DNA of 64,000 nt, from NCBI GenBank assembly GCA_045863395.1, contig BTVJ01000002.1, forward strand, positions 241,221-305,220, given 5' to 3'. The stretch comes from Myxococcales bacterium. Its GTDB lineage: Bacteria; Myxococcota_A; UBA9042; JABWCM01; BTVJ01. How positions within the stretch are numbered: the stretch's first letter is position 1; every line of letters begins with the position of its first letter. The notes beneath the pieces are model-generated. The model saw nothing but the letters and a program-made list of their open reading frames with translations. It searched no databases and had not been told where the DNA came from. Position numbers and translations under genes: made by a program. Below are positions 32,401 to 40,636 of the stretch, piece by piece.

Positions 32401-33281
32401 ACACCACCAACGTGACGACGGTGGGGCACCTGTTCGGGCAGGGAGACCTGATCATCCACGACAGCCTGATCCACGACTCCATCCTGCAGGGGATCACGCT
32501 GTCAGGCGCGCAGCGGCGGCCGTTCCCGCACGACGACGTGGGGGCGCTCGACCGCATCCTCGGCGACATCCGCAAGCACTACAAGCGGGTGCTCATCGCC
32601 ATCGAGGGCGTCTACAGCATGGACGGCGACATCCCGGATCTGCCCGCCTTCATCGACGTGAAGAAGCGCCACAAGGCCTTCCTGCTCGTCGACGAGGCCC
32701 ACTCCATGGGCGTGCTCGGCGCGCGGGGGCACGGCATCCGCGAGCACTTCGACGTGAACGCCGCGGACGTGGACCTGTGGATGGGCACGCTCAGCAAGTC
32801 CTTCGCGAGCTGCGGCGGCTACATCGCGGGAGCGAAGCCCATCGTCGAGTATCTCAAGTACACGGCGCCCGGCTTCGTCTACAGCGTCGGGATCTCGCCG
32901 CCCAACGCGGCCGCGTCCCTGGAGGCCATCCGGGCCCTGGACCGGGAGCCGTGGCGCGTGCAGCGCCTGCACGACAACGCGCGCCTGTTCCTGGAGCTGG
33001 CGAAGGGGCGAGGCCTGGACACGGGCCCGAGCAAGGACTCGGCCGTGATCCCCATCATCGTGGGCGGCTCCTACTTCGCGTTCATGCTCTCGCGGGAGCT
33101 GTTCAAGCGCGGCATCAACGTGCAGCCGATCATCTACCCCGCGGTGGAGGAGAAGCTCGCCCGCCTGCGCTTCTTCCTGACGAGCACCCACACGGAGGAG
33201 CAGATCCGGGCGACCATCGACGCCATCTGCGAGGAGCTGTCCCGCATCAACCCCAAGTGGCAGCCCGCCGTGGCGGGTTGA
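26421..33281 (+). CDS. Type I PKS: KS-AT-ACP-KR-DH fused to a PLP alpha-oxoamine synthase domain
   Basis: KS DAACSS/HGTGT/NIGH; AT GHSLGE and HAFH; ACP LGFDSL; KR TGGGRGVG and YAAAN; DH HPYLDDH...P; AOS SYNYIGM, DEAHS, GTLSKS. Confidence 0.93.
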   Translation: MTDITRDRHDIAIIGMGCRFPSAPDLWSFWDLIRSRTVTFKDVPADRWNHDLFVDPSPRAKDKGYARRGAFLDDVRRFAALHYGLAPLRVKVMDPQHRLLLDVVRDTLGDAGYDARPFDRAGTGVFVGASVSEYKNLQTARLVAMQLFDGALGEPIGDRLSDEEREALVAAAVPLRAYSIAGSLLNMAAATVSQVFDLGGPAMAMDAACSSALVALNEAIVHLRAGTCNAAIAGGMYVILSPDNFVGFARVGAMSKRDECRPFDALADGFVMGEGVGAVMLKRLGDAVRDGDRIWGVIRGAGCNNDGRGEGPMTPRLEGQVEAVRRAYEDAGLSPDSIGYVEAHGTGTPVGDPVELQALDQAWRELRGGAPHGRTAWLGSVKANIGHTMAAAGVAGLIRATLAMERGVVPPQAGFETPNPRIDFEASPFRVPTDAVPWTEDGPRRAALSSFGFGGTNVHVVLEQAPVRQRGVEARPEPFVLSAPTRPLLVEHLRAVRATLDGGDAPLRDLAFTLCATRSHEAVRVSLAASSREELTRKLERAAVALAGESPATDLGDGVRWAKAGDPKVAFLFPGQGAQAVGLLERLYERLPLFREHLDAVAGAAGDVLGCPVTRFLYPEAGTDLAAAEEALKQTEVCQPAMAALGIALARTLADLGVEPAVTTGHSLGEFVAAAAGGVLDGDEMVRFVAERGAAMAALGGDRGAMAAVRAPRADVERWAAEHGVVVANHNQPQQSVVSGSTEGVRALVAKLEAQGVKAALLPVSHAFHSPIVAPAVPAIGEAVGRMGVAAARVPVVSCVARRLYPEDERGARSIMTAHATEQVDFVAGLELCAAQGAQVYLEVGAGETLAAFARRTQPGVTALSLADLKDDTGTRFAEALAFLAALGAPVRFDRLFQGRDVAVASVPMCPLETEEYWVIDDDKRKVEPSQGRSAGVAAAPAPAAPVRVNDAGPSPELVALLREQTAVLASQSAILQRQVELLGGGAGPAVRTAQPLVAPDPMPTEVAAAPEGRPQVQEARVVTSRSATTKVEKAAPPSAPEPPTVDREAVRERIVAAVARISAFPAAQVRADQSLVTELGFDSLMVADLVTAVGEAWPALGGVPQSLFTRELNVGDLVAWVSEALERGAPRRAVTDGAPIQRLVPRLRVAPSEPGARFQVPGALLMSADAAGIARELAERLVARGQEVVLVEPGDAPLAGEHLHTVGWGALAEVPDVGGAIHLADVLAEGGDLVGPTGRLLALARAAAKGATPAALVAVTGLGGGMGLDGGDGRAAQRGMAGLVKSAAREWGAALAKVIDVDPSLPAAALADALLAELDAADRTVEVGLGPERRGVVLEDAPLSDAPVTLAPGAVVVVTGGGRGVGAAVSLELARRYRPRLAILGRSAPGGSNGGGELAAHLAALTEAGAQVHYESCDVSDPEQLARTLSRVRVALGPVEAIIHAAGVLADGALATKPDDALARVMAPKATGAANLLAATQDDPVRLVALFSSWAGRFGNAGQADYAAANEILSALAREASRLRPSVKTVSIDWPLWEGVGMAESLSAAAVDAMRDAGVTFLKADEGADLLLRELATPGSGEVVFGRDLPVRQAGFLLTDHLDVESHPYLDDHRLESAPVVPLAIATDYAARCVPGDEGVRIDGLTLYQGIIVDEPVTVVVEARVEERARTTAEVQILAGTARTLAYRCSVTAGAEAREADTTLLAARGTGKAPTLPLDVFYRDHTFHGPLLQGVIAIDEVGERHASGMVRASRPRDWVPGDPRTAWAVDPLVLDASFQIAAYWARVTHARKGYPTGFEELRLIAPFGAGPVRCTVTFRAQDGDRFQGDIVYQDATGRIVAVLTGIQALFVEDAPAKATGNGHKAPTREDGADIPEEHWRFELYEPYKALRQRIHAVELSGIGNPYFNVHERVTGDTTVIDGRELINYSSYNYIGMSGHPDVTRAAQEAIARYGTSVSASRIASGEKPLHRELERAISEVIGTEDCIVYVGGHTTNVTTVGHLFGQGDLIIHDSLIHDSILQGITLSGAQRRPFPHDDVGALDRILGDIRKHYKRVLIAIEGVYSMDGDIPDLPAFIDVKKRHKAFLLVDEAHSMGVLGARGHGIREHFDVNAADVDLWMGTLSKSFASCGGYIAGAKPIVEYLKYTAPGFVYSVGISPPNAAASLEAIRALDREPWRVQRLHDNARLFLELAKGRGLDTGPSKDSAVIPIIVGGSYFAFMLSRELFKRGINVQPIIYPAVEEKLARLRFFLTSTHTEEQIRATIDAICEELSRINPKWQPAVAG

Positions 33282-33353
33282 CTCGGCGCTGGGGAGACTC
33301 TCCAGCGCGATCCCCCGGGGCGCCTGGCGCTCCGACAAGGAACAGGAGGTACC

Positions 33354-33821
33354 ATGAGGATCCCCATGAAGGCGATGACCCGCGCGCTCGTGCTGGGCGC
33401 GGGCCTGCTCTTTGCGGCATCGACCGTGGCGCAGACGCCAGCGGCGGACGAGGCCCTCCGGCGGGCCGCCGAGGCCATGAAGAAGGCGGAGGCGGCGGCA
33501 GAGAAGGCCGGCGAGGCGGCACAGAAGGCCGGCGAGGCGGCGCACAAGGCGGCCGGGGTGGCCGGCTCCGCCGTCGACACGAAGGAGTCCTTCACCTGCG
33601 CGAGCGGCAACGTGTGCAACGGCACCTGCTCGGCGGGCGGGTGCGCGCAGAGCTGCGAGTCGGGGTCGACCTGCAACGGGACCTGCTCCGGCGGCGGCTG
33701 CACTCAGGCCTGCAAGAGCGGCGCGACGTGCAACTTCACCTGCGCGGGGGGCCGCTGCACCCGAGCCATCGAGAAGGGCTCCGTCTCCAACGAGACCTGC
33801 TCGGGCGGTGACTGCAAGTAG
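33354..33821 (+). CDS. Secreted protein with an Ala/Lys/Glu helix and ~19-aa Cys repeats
   Basis: AGGAGG RBS; signal peptide; CxSGxxCNxTCxxGxC repeats. Confidence 0.75.
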   Translation: MRIPMKAMTRALVLGAGLLFAASTVAQTPAADEALRRAAEAMKKAEAAAEKAGEAAQKAGEAAHKAAGVAGSAVDTKESFTCASGNVCNGTCSAGGCAQSCESGSTCNGTCSGGGCTQACKSGATCNFTCAGGRCTRAIEKGSVSNETCSGGDCK

Positions 33822-33855
33822 TCAGTTGGGGGGGGGCGTCGAGGAGGGGAGGCCG

Positions 33856-34293
33856 TTACTCCAGGACGGGCCGCGGAAACTCGCAGAGCGCCGCAGCCTG
33901 CGTGTCGTCGTCGAGCATCTCTGCGATGGTCGTGTTGCCAAACGTGGACTCCACCTTGGCCGTCGCCTGATCCAGGCGGTGGTGGAGCGCGCACAGCCGC
34001 GTGCCGTGGGCGGCGAGGCCGAGGGGGCACGTCGTGATGCGCCGGATGGGGTCCACCGCGTTGATCACCTCGAGCACCGTCACCTCGGTGGCCTCACGCG
34101 CCATGCGGAAGCCTCCGCGCAGCCCCCGCTGGGAGCTGAGGATGCCGGCGCGCGCCAGGCTCTGGAGCACCTTGGCGAGGTAGCCGGGGGGGACCTTGGT
34201 CGACGACGCGATGTCCTGGGTGGTCAGGGCTCCCCTCGCCATGGCGAGGTGGACGACGGCGCGGAGTGCATACTCGGCAGTTTGTGACAGCAC
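33856..34293 (-). CDS. Rrf2-family transcriptional regulator
   Basis: EYALRAVVHLA, YLAKVLQSL, SQRGLRGGF, CPLG...LCALH. Confidence 0.92.
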   Translation of the reverse strand: MLSQTAEYALRAVVHLAMARGALTTQDIASSTKVPPGYLAKVLQSLARAGILSSQRGLRGGFRMAREATEVTVLEVINAVDPIRRITTCPLGLAAHGTRLCALHHRLDQATAKVESTFGNTTIAEMLDDDTQAAALCEFPRPVLE

Positions 34294-34416
34294 GGGGGGG
34301 TCATCTCCTCTCTCTGGCGGCCGACGACTTCGAGCCTTCCAGGGTTGGATGTCGAGTGTAGAGCCCAGGGTGTCCCCTGTCCAATCCGAATTCTCCCTTC
34401 ACGGGATGAGTCGACC

Positions 34417-34761
34417 TCAGTAGGTCGGCACAGTCGGATCAACCTCCCGGCTCCACGCGTCGATGCCACCGAGCAGGTTCAGCGGCTGGGCCATGCCTCG
34501 CTGGCGGAACCACATGGCCGCGTGGTGGCTTCGTCCGCCGATGTGGCAGAAGAACACGACGGGTGACCCGTCGTCCTCGGCGAGCAGCGCGTCCGCCGTC
34601 TCCTCGCTGTCGAGCAGCACCGATGGCTCGATGGTGCACAGCTCGCGCTCCATGGGGGTGCGCACGTCGACCAGCTTGAGTGGCTCGCCCCGGTCGAGGA
34701 GCGCCTTGAGCTGCTCACAGGTGATGGTCCCGATCATGGCCCCCGGATCCTGCTGAAACAT
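34417..34761 (-). CDS. Rhodanese-like protein
   Basis: LVDVRTPME, FCHIGGRS, NLLGGIDAWS..VDP; AGGAGG RBS. Confidence 0.9.
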   Translation of the reverse strand: MFQQDPGAMIGTITCEQLKALLDRGEPLKLVDVRTPMERELCTIEPSVLLDSEETADALLAEDDGSPVVFFCHIGGRSHHAAMWFRQRGMAQPLNLLGGIDAWSREVDPTVPTY

Positions 34762-34841
34762 GGATGCCTCCTGGCAGGGATGGTGCCCCGCACACGTGCC
34801 TGTGTGCCACAAATAGCGGACCGGCGCAATCCTATATTGCG

Positions 34842-35744
34842 TCAGGGGGGCGCCGTACGCGACGCGCGAGCCGCCACGACGACCCCGGCCAGTGTCACGG
34901 CGCAGCCGGCGAGGACTCCTGGGCTCGGCACCTCCGCGAGGACCGCCCAGCCCAGGAGCGTCGCGCTCACGGGCTCCCCGAGGGTCGAGATCCCCACCGC
35001 CGTCGGGGTGGTCCACCGGAGCGCCCATGTCAGGAGCGTGTGGCCGACGAGCTGAGGCACGAGCGCCGCCAGCACGAGCCACCCGGCCGCCTCCGCCGTT
35101 GGGGGCAGGGGGGAGTGGCCCAGCGCCGCGGCCGCGCCGAGGAGCGCGACTCCTCCGACCGCCGTGGCCACTCCGGCGAAGGCGAGCACGGGCAGGGCGT
35201 GGCCCAGGCGCCGCGCGACCAGCAGGTACCCGGCCATGGCGGCGGCCCCAAGGGCCGCGAGGGCGTCGCCGGCCAGGGCGTCTCCACCGCCCGCGTGGCT
35301 GGCGCCGATGGTCGCCACGCCCACGACGCCGAGGCCGAGCGCCCCCCAGAGCCGGCGCTCCGGGCGGTCGCGTCCCGACACCAGCGCCACCGTAGCGAGG
35401 AGCAGGGGTGTCGCCGTCACGATGGTGACGGACGCGGCCACCGAGGTCAGGCCGAGGGAGGCGACCCAGGCGCCGAAGTGGACGCCGTAGAGCAGGCCAG
35501 CGGCGGCGCCCAGCCGCAGGACGGTGGCCGTGAGGCGCCCGGCGGCCCGGGCGCGCAGCGTGAGGGGCAGCAGGAGCGTCGCGGCGACGACCAGCCGGAA
35601 CCCAGCGGCGACCAGCGGGTGGGTGGGGGCAGCGAGGCGGAAGAAGATCGCCGCGAAGGAGAGCGCGGCGGCAGCCCCCGCGAGCGCCAGGGCGATGCGC
35701 CGGGGGGCGCGGTGCGAGGGCGCCTGCGCGTCCGCGCGACACAT
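34842..35744 (-). CDS. DMT/EamA-family transporter
   Basis: About 10 hydrophobic segments; HFGAWVASL..TSVA, PQLVGHTL, LGEPV. Confidence 0.88.
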   Translation of the reverse strand: MCRADAQAPSHRAPRRIALALAGAAAALSFAAIFFRLAAPTHPLVAAGFRLVVAATLLLPLTLRARAAGRLTATVLRLGAAAGLLYGVHFGAWVASLGLTSVAASVTIVTATPLLLATVALVSGRDRPERRLWGALGLGVVGVATIGASHAGGGDALAGDALAALGAAAMAGYLLVARRLGHALPVLAFAGVATAVGGVALLGAAAALGHSPLPPTAEAAGWLVLAALVPQLVGHTLLTWALRWTTPTAVGISTLGEPVSATLLGWAVLAEVPSPGVLAGCAVTLAGVVVAARASRTAPP

Positions 35745-35755
35745 CGGGCCGGGCG

Positions 35756-38700
35756 TCAAGGCAGGTTCAGGCAGGTCACGCCCTCGAAGACGGCGCGGTT
35801 GTTCCCCTCGTGGCACTCCTTGCTCTCGGCGCCGAAGTCCGCGATGACGTGGATGGTGTGCGGCTGCCCCCCCTTGATGAGCATCGGGCAGGTCAGCTTC
35901 TCGCAGTCTCCCGGGTGCAGCACGGCCGCCGTCGCCAGCAGGCACGCGATGGCGCCGCTGGCCTCGGGTGCGCCGTCGTAGAAGGCGACCGGCACGCCCG
36001 CGTCCACGGGTGCCGCGCCGCGGTTGCACACGGCCGCGCTCACCAGCAGCGAGCTCCCGGGTCCGCAGTTGCCGAGCAGCAGGGGCTGGGCCGTGAGATC
36101 CGGGGCGGCCGTCGGGTCCAGGTCCCCTTGCACGTTCTGCATGAAGTTGTTGAGCCCCGGGACCTGCCAGTTCTCCGGTGAGCCTGCGGGGGGCAGCGTG
36201 CCGTCCTCGTCCACGTTGGTGACGAAGTACATGTGCTGGTTCCAGACCGTCCGCGAGGTCGCCCAGTTGTCGCCCACGTCGCCGAACACCCGCAAGGCGT
36301 CGAACTTGCCGGGGTGAGACGCGCGGCAGACGTTGTCCTTGCCCGGAGTGTTGGGCAGCGGCGCCATGCACGCGAACCCGGCCCCGCAGGAGGCGTCGTC
36401 GGTGCAGCGGCAGTAGCCGACCTTGCAGGTGGCGCCGGCGCCGCAGTCCGCCGAGGTCTGGCACCGGAGGCCGCGGAAGTACGGGTCCACGGACGGGCAG
36501 GTCACGTTGCAGTTCGTGTTGGAGCCGACGACCACCTCGCTGCGGAAGTCCCCGTCCACGTCCGCCACGATGGGGTTCTCGTACCAGGTGCCCGACGAGC
36601 GCGCCTGGCTGAAGAGGATCTCGCCCGTCAGGCCCGAGTAGACCCGCACGAAGCACTCGTCTGCGTAGACCGCCTCCGCCAGTCCGTCCGCCTCGAAGTC
36701 GAAGACGCTGGAGCCGGTCACCGACGACGAGTAGTCCTGGGAGGGCACCGACCACAGGATGCCGTCGCCCCAGCATCCGAAGGGCGGTGGGCTCCCGGCG
36801 CAGCCCGGATCGAAGACCGTGTAGGAGCCTCGGCCTGCCAGCGCCACCTCGGGGCTGCCGTCCCCGTCGAAGTCCCCGACCGTCGGCGGGCCGCCGGTGC
36901 CTTTGGTGGGGGCCGGCGGGAAGAAGGGCAGGTCGTAGGGTCCGTACACCACCTGGCCCGCCAGCGTCTGGATGCGCACCGTACCCTGGCTGACGACCAC
37001 GACCTCTGGCAGCGGCTCAGTGAGGCCGGGGACGGCCCAGGTGCCGAAGTCGGCCAGCGCGACGAAGCCGTCCGTGCCGCCGCCGGACCAGGGCTCCTTG
37101 ACCCAGGCGCTCCCGTTGAACTGCCAGACGCCGTCGCCCCGGACCAGCTCCCGGTGTCCGTCCCCGTCCACGTCGGCGACGACGGAGAGCGGGCCGTTGG
37201 CGACGCTCTTGAGGCCCAGGTTGTCTGCGATGACCACGCCTGCGTTGTTGTAGAGGATGGCCCCCTGGAGCACCTCGGGCACCCCATCGCCGTCCACGTC
37301 CGCGAGGGTGGGGCCTCCGTAGCGGACGCCGGTCGTGGGGACCGTGTCCGGCTGACCCGCCTTGGTCGACGTCCAGTGCACACCCCACGCGGCGCCGCCC
37401 CACCGGAACGCGACCAGGCCGCCTCCCTCCTTGAGTGCCACGATCTCCGGGCGCCCGTCACCGTCCAGGTCGCCCAGCGCCAGGGTCGCCGCCGCGACCA
37501 CCCGTGGCTCGCCGATGACGTGGAGCTGCTCGCAGGTGCGGCCGTCGAGGATCCGGATCACGCCGGCTCCGAAGGAGTTGGGTTGGTCGCAGCCGGCCTC
37601 TCCCGTGGGGATGACGATGCTCGGGTGGACGGTCGAGGGGTCGTCGTCCAGATCCAGGTCCACCACCGTCGGGGTCGCGATGACGGTGATACTGCTCGGG
37701 TAGGGATCGCCCTCCGGTGGGGCGGTCCACTCGCACTGGAGCGCCGGGTGGAACTGGCCGACGATCGTCGGTTTTGCGCAGCCGGCGTCCCAGCTCGGGA
37801 GGGGGCCGATGCCCCAGGGTACGCACTGTCCGCCGTCGCAGGTGGTGTCGTTGGAGCAGCCGTCCGTGTCCGCGCACGGAGACGGCGAGACACAGACGCC
37901 GTAGACGCACGCGGTCGCCGCACAGCAGTCCGCCGCCTCGTCGCAGAGCTCCACTACGCCCGGCAGGACCGTGGGGTCTCCGTCGTCGCAGTCTCCTCCG
38001 GCGGTCGCCGTCCAGTCCCCGTCCGGGGTGCACAGACACTGGCTCTGCCCGACCTCGCCGTAGCCGTCGCCGTCGGCGTCCTTCCAGTAGGGCTGGCACC
38101 CGAAGGCTCCCGGCTCGTTGACCTCGCCGTCGCAGTCCTCGTCGCCGCCCCAGCACAGCTCCTGGGCGAAGGGGTTCACCGCGGCGTCCTCGTCGTCACA
38201 GTCGCCGCCCACGGAGACCGGGAGAGCCACCGTCGGCGCGCACAAGCACACGACTGACGCCGTCGCCCCGAAGCCGTCGCCGTCCGCGTCGGGGAACCGG
38301 TCTGCGCACCCCACGGCGCCCGCCTCGTTCACCTGGCCGTCGCAGTCCTCGTCACCCGGCTCGCAGGTCTCCGCGGCGCCGGGGTGGACCGCCTCGTCGC
38401 CGTCGTCGCAGTCGCCGCCAGTGGTCGCCGTGTGCGTGCCCTCTGGTCCGCAGAGGCAGGCGGCGCTGGACGTCACCCCTGCTCCGTCGCCATCAGCGTC
38501 CTGGTAGAGGAGCTCGCAGCCCCCGGCGCCCGGACCGTCCACCACCCCGTCACAGTCGTCGTCCACGGTGTTGCAGGTCTCCGTGGCGCCCGGGTGGATC
38601 GCGTCGTCGCCGTCGTCGCAGTCGCCGCCGGCCAGGGCGGTGTGGGTGCCTCCATCGCAGACGCAGGCTGCGGTCGTGCCCCAGCCGTCGCCGTCCTCGT

Positions 38701-39889
38701 CGAGGAAGCGGGCCTCGCACCCGATAGCGCCCGACTCGTCCGTCTGCCCGTCGCAGTCGTCGTCCTTGCCGTTGCAGCTCTCTGGGGCGGTCGGCTTCAC
38801 ATCCGGGTCCCCGTCGTCGCAGTCCCCCGCCTGGAGCGCCGTGTGCGGGGCAGACGCCGCGCACAGGCACAGGGGGTCGCCGGCGCCGAAGGTGTCGCCG
38901 TCGTCGTCGCGGAAGTAGGGCACGCACCCTCCAGCGCCGGCCTCGTCCACCTCGCCGTCGCAGTCCTCGTCGCCGCCGCCGCACACCTCGGCTCCGGCCG
39001 GGTGGGCCGCCGGGTTGGCGTCGTCGCAGTCCCCGCCCTGCGTGGCTGTCCAGGGGGGTTGGGGTGCGCAGAGACAGCGGGTCTCCGTGCCGCCGGCGCC
39101 GTCCCCGTCGCCGTCCATGTGCCAGACGAGGCACCCGGAGGCGTCCTGCTCGTCCGTCGCGCCGTCGCAGTCGTCGTCCTTGCCGTTGCACGCCTCGGGT
39201 GCGGGTGTCTTGGCGCTGCACTCCGTCCAGCCCGTCGCGCCCGCGCAGGTGCGGGTACCCGCGCAGGTGCCGTGTTCACTTTCGGAAGAGCAGGGCTCGC
39301 TCTGCCCCGACCGCCCGGCGAAGCACTCGCAGGAGCCCGTCGACGGGCGGCACTGCCCCGCCTCGCAGGAGTAGCCGTCCGGGCAGTCTGCTCCCGTGGT
39401 GCAGGTGGTGCCGCACCGCTGCCCCTCCGCGGTGGGTACGCACTGGTCTGCCGGGCCGCCGCACTCCGCGTCGCTCCCGCAGGGCTTGCACAGGTCCCAG
39501 CGCGTGGGCACACAGAGGTAGACCACGTCGGGGGGGAGGTTGATGACGCTCTTGCACACGTAGGCGGCCGGGCAGGTCTCGAGGCAGGTCTCGGTGCAGA
39601 TGCTCTCGTCCGGGCCGTTGAGGCACCAGCCCGACTCGCAGTCCTGGTTGGTGACGCAGGGCTCGCCGGTGCCGGCCAGCGGAGTGCGTCCGGCGGTGTC
39701 TGGCGTCACGTCGGGCTTCGTGCCGCCATCGGGGGTCGGCAGGACCCCCAGGTCGCCGGACTCCGCCGCGTCGGCCGTGTCCGTCACCACGTTGGCGCCC
39801 GCGTCCCCGTCGCCGGTCGCACCCCTGACGCCGTCCTCGCTGCAGGCCAGGAGCGGTACGAGCGCCAGGACCATCCACCATGTGCGCAT
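35756..39889 (-). CDS. Large lipoprotein: MopE-type repeats + FG-GAP/VCBS propeller + CARDB-like end
   Basis: Lipobox LLAC; many GDCDD...P...E.C...D.DCDG units; GDLDGDGRPEI and DFDGDGSPEV; ECHEGNN. Confidence 0.88.
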   Translation of the reverse strand: MRTWWMVLALVPLLACSEDGVRGATGDGDAGANVVTDTADAAESGDLGVLPTPDGGTKPDVTPDTAGRTPLAGTGEPCVTNQDCESGWCLNGPDESICTETCLETCPAAYVCKSVINLPPDVVYLCVPTRWDLCKPCGSDAECGGPADQCVPTAEGQRCGTTCTTGADCPDGYSCEAGQCRPSTGSCECFAGRSGQSEPCSSESEHGTCAGTRTCAGATGWTECSAKTPAPEACNGKDDDCDGATDEQDASGCLVWHMDGDGDGAGGTETRCLCAPQPPWTATQGGDCDDANPAAHPAGAEVCGGGDEDCDGEVDEAGAGGCVPYFRDDDGDTFGAGDPLCLCAASAPHTALQAGDCDDGDPDVKPTAPESCNGKDDDCDGQTDESGAIGCEARFLDEDGDGWGTTAACVCDGGTHTALAGGDCDDGDDAIHPGATETCNTVDDDCDGVVDGPGAGGCELLYQDADGDGAGVTSSAACLCGPEGTHTATTGGDCDDGDEAVHPGAAETCEPGDEDCDGQVNEAGAVGCADRFPDADGDGFGATASVVCLCAPTVALPVSVGGDCDDEDAAVNPFAQELCWGGDEDCDGEVNEPGAFGCQPYWKDADGDGYGEVGQSQCLCTPDGDWTATAGGDCDDGDPTVLPGVVELCDEAADCCAATACVYGVCVSPSPCADTDGCSNDTTCDGGQCVPWGIGPLPSWDAGCAKPTIVGQFHPALQCEWTAPPEGDPYPSSITVIATPTVVDLDLDDDPSTVHPSIVIPTGEAGCDQPNSFGAGVIRILDGRTCEQLHVIGEPRVVAAATLALGDLDGDGRPEIVALKEGGGLVAFRWGGAAWGVHWTSTKAGQPDTVPTTGVRYGGPTLADVDGDGVPEVLQGAILYNNAGVVIADNLGLKSVANGPLSVVADVDGDGHRELVRGDGVWQFNGSAWVKEPWSGGGTDGFVALADFGTWAVPGLTEPLPEVVVVSQGTVRIQTLAGQVVYGPYDLPFFPPAPTKGTGGPPTVGDFDGDGSPEVALAGRGSYTVFDPGCAGSPPPFGCWGDGILWSVPSQDYSSSVTGSSVFDFEADGLAEAVYADECFVRVYSGLTGEILFSQARSSGTWYENPIVADVDGDFRSEVVVGSNTNCNVTCPSVDPYFRGLRCQTSADCGAGATCKVGYCRCTDDASCGAGFACMAPLPNTPGKDNVCRASHPGKFDALRVFGDVGDNWATSRTVWNQHMYFVTNVDEDGTLPPAGSPENWQVPGLNNFMQNVQGDLDPTAAPDLTAQPLLLGNCGPGSSLLVSAAVCNRGAAPVDAGVPVAFYDGAPEASGAIACLLATAAVLHPGDCEKLTCPMLIKGGQPHTIHVIADFGAESKECHEGNNRAVFEGVTCLNLP

Positions 39890-39988
39890 GTCAACCTCCC
39901 GCGGTCGTTCGCGGCCAAGCATACCGCCACAACGGGCGCCGCGGCCAGCGCAGCGCGAGATGGGAGTGCGGTCCGGACGCAGCGGCGC

Positions 39989-40636
39989 TCAGCGCCCCAC
40001 GAGCCGCGACGTGACCATGTAGCGGAAGATGAACTCCAGGACCTCGACGTGGTGGAGCGCCGCCTCCGTGGTGCGCCCCCAGACCGTGGCGCCGTGGCCG
40101 TGGATCATGAGCGCCGGGACCGCGGGCGGGTTGGCCGCAAAGCGCTGCTCGATCTCGGCGGCGATGCGCGGGACGTCCGGTTGGTTGGCGAACACGGGGA
40201 TGCTGACCCGCGGGTCTCCGTCCCACACCCCGAGGCCCTTGATCATCTCGACCGGTGGGAGGGCGATGTCCTGGCCGCCGGCGAGGTCCGACACGACGGA
40301 CGCCTCGACCGTGTGCACGTGGTAGACCGCCTTGGCGGCCGGGAACAGGCGGTAGAGGGCCAGGTGGATGGTGGTCTCCGCGGAGGGGCGGTCCTCGGGG
40401 AGCCCCCTGGCGGCGACCACCCCGTCGGGGTCGACGAGCACGAAGTCCGGCGAGCCCAGGGTGCCCTTGTGGCGACCGCTGGCCGTGATCCAGATGCGGC
40501 CGTCGTCGCGCCGTGCGCTGAGGTTGCCCGCGGTGCCCACCATCCAGCCGAGGCCGTAGAAGCGCCTGGACGCCCGCATCATGGCGACGCGGGGGTCGCC
40601 CGCGCGCAGCTTCATCTCGCTCTTGGTGTCAATCAC
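39989..40636 (-). CDS. mtnB: Methylthioribulose-1-phosphate dehydratase
   Basis: GWMVGTAGNLS, ITASGRHKG, PSAET..H, HVHT, GHGATVWG; lies next to the RLP and ARD genes. Confidence 0.9.
   Translation of the reverse strand: MIDTKSEMKLRAGDPRVAMMRASRRFYGLGWMVGTAGNLSARRDDGRIWITASGRHKGTLGSPDFVLVDPDGVVAARGLPEDRPSAETTIHLALYRLFPAAKAVYHVHTVEASVVSDLAGGQDIALPPVEMIKGLGVWDGDPRVSIPVFANQPDVPRIAAEIEQRFAANPPAVPALMIHGHGATVWGRTTEAALHHVEVLEFIFRYMVTSRLVGR

Noticed and set aside
26523..33811. Very long alternative ORFs (1983 aa on -, 1366 aa on +) over the PKS, and similar shadow ORFs throughout the window
   Set aside because: Expected from high-GC codon bias. They are Arg/Pro/Ala-rich, lack motifs and overlap well-supported genes.
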